This document shows, piece by piece, positions 57,785-64,000 of a DNA stretch of 64,000 bases (its first letter is position 1; each line of letters starts with the position of its first letter). A program made the position numbers and the translations under genes. The notes under the pieces were generated by a model. It ran no database searches, had not been told where the DNA came from, and saw nothing but the letters and a program-made list of their open reading frames with translations. The stretch comes from Paraspadella gotoi. Taxonomy: Eukaryota; Animalia; Chaetognatha. The stretch spans positions 12,689,723 to 12,753,722 of the forward strand of contig CM119263.1 of NCBI GenBank assembly GCA_051294375.1, read 5' to 3'.

Positions 57785-59250
57785 CTCCATACTCTCTAAC
57801 CATGTTGAAATGAAAGACCAAAGCTGCAGAAAAAAAAAGAAAAAAAAGCAGAAGCAACAGGAACAACAACATCACCAATACCAACAAAAAACAACAATAA
57901 TAAAAACAACAATAAAAACAATATCAACAACAAGAGCATCGGATGATTCATAAAATTTTTAACATAAAAAAAAAATCTAAAACAAACTGATGAATAACTT
58001 GTTTTGCAAACGTATCACTAATGACATTAGTAATGTCCTACGAAAACTGATATATATTTGCTGAAAGTTCTTTTCTGATAAGAAATGAGAAATAATTGCG
58101 TTTTTGATGATAGGCTCTATTCAGATAGATTTTTAATCGTTTTGACAAGTACTTCTGATGGAATGTTAATGGTCTCTCTCTCTCTCTCTCTCTCTTTCTC
58201 CTCCCTCTTCTATGACGCCCCGACTCTCTCAATGAATTCATCCTCATACAAACACAAAGGCTTTGTTTGTAAACATCGGCAATCAAGATGGGATTTTGTG
58301 ATTCTTGCATTCGTTCAAGTATACTATGTGTCCTTTACGTCAACTGATTATGATCGATCCGACGATATATGAAGACCTAAACCTGGGAAGGGAGCGTCTT
58401 TTATATCGAGGTTATGAGGCCGAGAACGGCCAGCGGCCATCACATGGAAATCCAGGGAAATCGGAAACAAACAAGCACAATGTTGATGAACATCTAGCGA
58501 CCAAAGGACGAAAAGAAGTCGAATTAACGGCGATCCTGCGATCCGTGTCGAATTCCTCGATGATATCAAAATTCGTGTCGACTTTCAGATAATTATCGAA
58601 GATCTCCTGGTCAAAACAAATGGCCGAGCAAAGAGAAAACAAATGAACATCGTTTGGAATGTCGGGTCGCGAACGAGGTTTTACGCTCGAGGGTTCGATG
58701 ACGTCACTGCAAGATCGAATCGATGCTGAAGCGGCGTGTGTCGTTTAAAGTTGCGGCAGCTTGCTGCAAAAAGAGCTATTTCTCTTCAATACCTTTTAAA
58801 ACCAAATTTTTAGACGATTAAATATTTGGAACTGTTTTTAACTAAGAAAAACGTCAGCTACGAGAAAAAAATGTGTATTACAAAATATAAGGCCCCCGAA
58901 AAAAAGGGCGGAAAAATAAAAATTAAGAACTAAAATACGACAACGACAACCACAATGGACACTCTAACCAAAATCACTCCTCTCTATATTCTTGACGATC
59001 ATTTCCTTATCTTGAGGATTTCCAAATTGTTTCTTTGAAGTGACCGGCGAGGCCCGCTGCGAGAAAATCCAGCTCTTTTCTCGTTGACTTCGCGCCAAAT
59101 TCTGCGGCCAAATTGACCGCTCCAAAGTCAAAATGCTAATGCCGAAGTTCACCCTCCTACTCCCTTTTCTTAAAAAACGTTTCTTGTTTTCTTTTTCTTT
59201 CTTTTTTTTTCTTCCTTTTTTATTTATTTATTTATTTCTTTATTAATTCA

Positions 59251-59428
<178 letters not shown>

Positions 59429-62158
59429 TTTCTGTCTCCCTGGTTTTTAAAAACCAGACATTGCGACGCCAGACGCCGGCACTTGACCCCTCCTCCTGCT
59501 GCACATGATTGCGTCCTGGTCGGCCCATGCAACCTCACCCGCGATGAAACCTCCAACTGTTCGTCCAGAGAGACTCGAGGCTTGGAGAAGAAAGATTTTT
59601 GACTCACCAGACGTCGACCGCCGGGAGGGGGGGGAGGAAAGGGGTGGTCGATCCGAACTGAGTCACCCGCCGAGTCGTCTCTCTCTTTCTCTTCATTTAT
59701 CCTACGGCTTTTCGTCTTTCTCTTCCTTTCTTCTCCTCCCCTCCCACTCATTCCTCATTACCGAGTCATAACGTGGCTCTTGACCACCGAATTGCGACTC
59801 CTTTTATTTGGAGAATCCATAAACTTACCCTCTAATGGTGAGCGGATTAGGGTGGTTTGGTGATAAGTTATACAATCATAAACGAGGCTTTTTTTTATTC
59901 TGATTGAAACATAATCGTATTCGCGTACGTAATTGTTCTCAATTATCAAATTAGTAAATTAGGCTTTTTCCCGATTGAGACATAGTTGTATGCTTCCTAA
60001 TTACAAAATTCTTACATAATTTAATGAATCTATTAGGCTTTTATCGATTAAGACAAAATTGTATGATTCGCCCTTAGTAAATTAGAATCAGTGAATCTTA
60101 ATGGTTTGGCGAACCACTTTATCAAATCCGTGAAAATCTGACAGCGCTTGATGACAAGTTGAATTCTATTTTTTTTGGGGGAAGAAACATCGTTGATGAT
60201 TTTTCCAACGCCTCTTGATACGAGGACACCTGGCGGAGATCGAAGCAAAACGTCTAAACAACGGAAGTCGACGAAGATTGATCACGAAGACTTCGTATCT
60301 TCGGCTTCGACTTATGCACCTGGTACCGGGCTGCCCTCTGCGTTCAATCCTCTACCCTCACCCATCAAGTTATCTCCCCACTGCCCCTCTCAGTGCTCAT
60401 GGGTCTACTTACTCTCATCTCCCGCCAGGCGGAGAAGGTCAAAAATAGGCGGACTTAATCTTGACCTCATCATTAGTCCCGCCCACTTGATGGAATTCTC
60501 CCTGGGAATTGATTCACCGCTCATCCAAAGAGAGCGATAAAGGGAGGCGAAAAGTTGCTTTTTACTTTTAATTTTAGGAAAGAAGATTTCAAGATGCTTA
60601 AAAAAATAATGAAATACATCAAAGAAAACGAAATTTATTAGATAAAAATAAAAAGTTGAAAAATTTACGAAAATGGATCATTTAGCGGATAAATTATATG
60701 TTACTGTTAATGATGAGGGAAATAATTAAGGAATGAATACTGAAGTTTTTTTGTTTTTTTTTAAATAGAGAACGTAAATCGCTTTAAATTAAAAAAAAAT
60801 TGCTTGGTTAAAATTTTTAATTTTATAACATTTTTTTAATGAAAACTTTTTTTTTTCAATTCTTCAAGAAGGCATAACGAAACTCGATACGAGGGAAAAG
60901 AGAGAGTTAATTGGCGTTTGATCATGAAAAAAACAGGAGCCATTATTAAGAGGCAATATCCAGGCATACCCTTAAGATAACCAGTGCTCTTTCTTAAAAT
61001 TGTAAACCCAGATGTTGAAGCGAAATATTTGAAAATTGTTGCGGCAACAAAAACAGAGAGAGGACTGACACTATCTTTCAACTAAAATATTGCTATCAAA
61101 AATTGTCGTCTGAGATTAATAGTGTTTATCACGATGCAAATGTAAAAATCATATTTACATGGCTTTGTTTAAAGAGGAGAAGGCGATTTTAAAAAATCGT
61201 TACAAATTACTATTTTAAAACATTTATATCAATTCAATCGTCACATGTTTTACATCTTTTTTTTAGTTAATAAAAGATTAAATTATTTGGTTCCTAAATT
61301 ACGAAAAAAAAACAACATAACTTTGAGGAATTGGCGCAATTCTCTAGTATACGAATCACTATAGTGATGAGTTGCATCACTCACCACCGAACCCAACACA
61401 CCAGCAGAGTTAGTGAAATCTCGATCTCGAATTATCTATCGCTTCCTTTTCTTTATTCGCATTTCCATTAAGAATCTCTCGTTCACCACTCGCAATCTCT
61501 TTCACACAATCTCTCACACTATCCCCCTCCCTCCGAACCCTTCCCCTCCTTTCCCCGATACTCGCGAATCTGTGAGTAAGAAAACAAACTTTTCGGTGGA
61601 GGAAAGTTTAGTTCAAAAGCCGAGAAAAGAGGGGCACCCTTACTATCGATAGCGGGAAAAGTAAGCGAATAAACAAGGTTTTTTTAAATCTCTACAATAC
61701 AAATCTAAAAATGGTTTACGTACATCATTCTTTCAATGCATGTCCTTGATTACTTCGAGATTTAGAAGTTAAAAGTATTATATAATATTGAAATATCAAT
61801 ACGTCAAGCACACTGTTATTGAATTTAAGAACTTGATAGACAACTAACAGTATATACTATATATATTAAATATTGTCATGAAAATAAAAAAAAATTTCGA
61901 AAAAAATATTTAGGTTCGAAGGAAGTCGGCAAGTTTTTTTTTTTTGCTCAAAGGAAATTCTTGATAATAGATTCTACTTGGGCAAAGCTTGAATTCACTC
62001 ATTTCCCTTTCATGATCCACATTTTGTTTATCTCTTTCGCTGATTGACCGAAGATTTTCTTCCGCCGATATTTTTCGAACCCATAACCCATTAAAGCTAG
62101 GACATTGAATACTCATTTCGTTTTCCATTATAATTAGTTGCTTTTTTTTTTATAAATC

Positions 62159-62215
62159 AACGTCACTTCCGTCCTCGTGACGTCATGGTGAAACGTGTGA
62201 CGCTTTCATCTTGAC
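62159..62215. promoter_or_regulatory. ETS-CRE composite plus full CRE about 0.9 kb upstream of the EH1 gene ATG
   Basis: AACGTCACTTCCG (reverse complement CGGAAGTGACGTT) at 62159-62171, TGACGTCA at 62178-62185, and further TGACG half-sites. Confidence 0.4.
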
Positions 62216-63092
62216 GATTTGTAATCTTCGTCCCCGCGGTTTTCGTCGATCCTCCTCCGACGGCGATGATCGAAATTGCAGAATTAAAAATAAATAAATC
62301 GGTTAACCGACGCGATCGGTTCAAGAGCGCCTTTGGAGTGGCATCTTCTATCTAATCTAGGCTATTTCGAAATTGTAAGTATGATAAAGGTTTCATTTTT
62401 TGTTAGATTTATAACATATGATGTTCTTAATAAATCGAAATTATCGGCATTCACCAATCTATAACGAATGAAATATTCAAAGAATTCTAGAAATTTATTA
62501 AGTTTTGTTTTTGATTTTTCTTTATTTTTTTTTTATTTATAAAGATAGTTAGAGCTGAGGTGATGTGAATATGCTGCATCGCCATAGTTTTCGATTTTCT
62601 CTGATCTAAAATTTTCTTTGACATATTGTCTATTTTTACATTCTGGAAACGTTTACTTAATTATTGTATTTCTTGTTCTGTGAACTTTCAGTAACTGGCA
62701 AGACCTACCGCCAGAAAACTTGATCGAAGTTTCATTTGGCGGAGAATCGAACGAGGTTTTTGTCAGCGCGCGAAACATCCTTCGTCGGGAGAAGGGGGAA
62801 TCGCATGGAGAACATAGAGAGAAGGAAGAGGAAGAGGAGAGATAATATGAGAAGCTGAGGATAGAAGGAAGAGGATAAGAAGGAAGATGAGCGGCGATGA
62901 TTACCGACCGATCGAGCGCTTCAAGGAGAAGTGGGGTCGGAAAAGACGAGAACCTGGACCGGACGATTTAAAAGACGAAAGCCGCCGACCGACTTGCGCA
63001 GTCCGACAACGCAAAATATTTTATTCCGTATGAAACAGCGAGTTTTTTTTTTGACATCTGCAATCGACCCTTTCTCGGCTTAATTATTTAAC

Positions 63093-63849
63093 ATGTCGGC
63101 CTTCAGCATTGACAGCATCCTAACTTCTCGACTTTCCCGTCCCTCTGATCGGACGACGACTCATTTCAGCTCTCGCGCCCCTAGATCCATCAGAGGCTCC
63201 GGCGTCGGCGATGTCGAAGACGGCTTTGGGGTGCTGGATCTGCACGTACGAGCTCGAGTGGCGGCGCCCTCTACGACAACACCACTGGACGAGCCACTTC
63301 CGCCGCCGAAAATTCCTCCCGTTCCCCCGAATCCCGCCCATCGCGCCTTTCCACCGCGCGACGCCTTTCCACTTTTCGACGCCGCTCCAAGTCTAAACTA
63401 CGCCTTCGGCGCGACGCCGCCGACGCCGATACGCACGCGATGGACAATGCCCTCGCCGCTAGATGGCGTCTCTCTCCCTGTTTACAAACCGGTGCAATTT
63501 TCGGGCCAAGATTCCGAGTTACCCGTCGACTTCAGTCGCACTTCGGCGGTCTCCACCGACGCTTCAAGCAGCGCAGCGGCCCACTCTAGACTTTGTCATC
63601 GTCCAATCTCGCCCGCTACCCTTCTCCCTTCTCGTCTCCAAAGCCCCTCTCTCCTCCCTTCCTCCCTCTCTTCTCCTTCGGCTTCTTCTTCTTCTTCTTC
63701 CCATGCGCGCTCGCCAGTCTCCTTCGAGGATGACAACAGAGGCGGCGTCGGCGACCGCCTGCGCAGAGAAGAGGAAGAGGACGAGATCATCTCCGTGACT
63801 GATGGAGATTATTTGACGGAAGGTGGCGCCGTGAAGAAATGCGAGAAAG
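63093..63849 (+). CDS. First coding exon of an EH1-motif developmental transcription factor (probably homeobox); the gene runs off the window
   Basis: ATG followed by SAFSIDSIL (EH1/Groucho-binding), a Pro/Ser-rich body, an acidic EEEEDEIISV stretch and a donor AAG|GTAAAC at 63849/63850. No DNA-binding domain lies within the window, so the family is unassigned. Confidence 0.8.
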
Positions 63850-64000
63850 GTAAACGCGTCGCATGTGTTGGATTCGGTTGCTGAAAGATCGATTGCAATA
63901 TTATGTACGTAACATATGCTTTAATCAACAAATGAGAAATATTTAAAAGTTTACAGACTGAAAAGTTAAGAGGAATAATTTGTACATGAATGATTATACA

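Overview
Intron-containing animal (probably invertebrate) genomic DNA. Exons and islands are GC/CpG-rich, the background is AT-rich, and (AG)n/(AAAG)n microsatellites are abundant. The species cannot be determined from the sequence. Hand-built gene models with consistent exon phases: a TCF/LEF (Pangolin-type) Wnt effector (+, 6185-11249), MGAT5/GnT-V (-, 12441-18050) with a 2.4 kb L1/Tx1-clade LINE fragment in intron 5, BBS4 (-, 43193-46550), a CCSAP-family ciliary microtubule protein (-, 47298-49025), and the first exon of an EH1-motif transcription factor (+, 63093-63849) preceded by about 14 kb without recognisable genes. About 23 kb (20370-43329) is redundant, mostly indel-rich sequence interrupted by two 25-N gaps. 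It is best explained as a long-read gap-filling artifact: an inverted patch plus a raw read from the other haplotype, rather than real paralogs. The redundant copy does reveal that the LINE is a presence/absence polymorphism. The best biological leads are an unusual TCF (no C-clamp, an EH1-like peptide, a hidden GC-AG-spliced acidic terminal exon), the CCSAP-BBS4 ciliary gene pair, and the decayed but polymorphic LINE. I found no CRISPR array, rRNA or tRNA, and no clearly novel multi-gene system.
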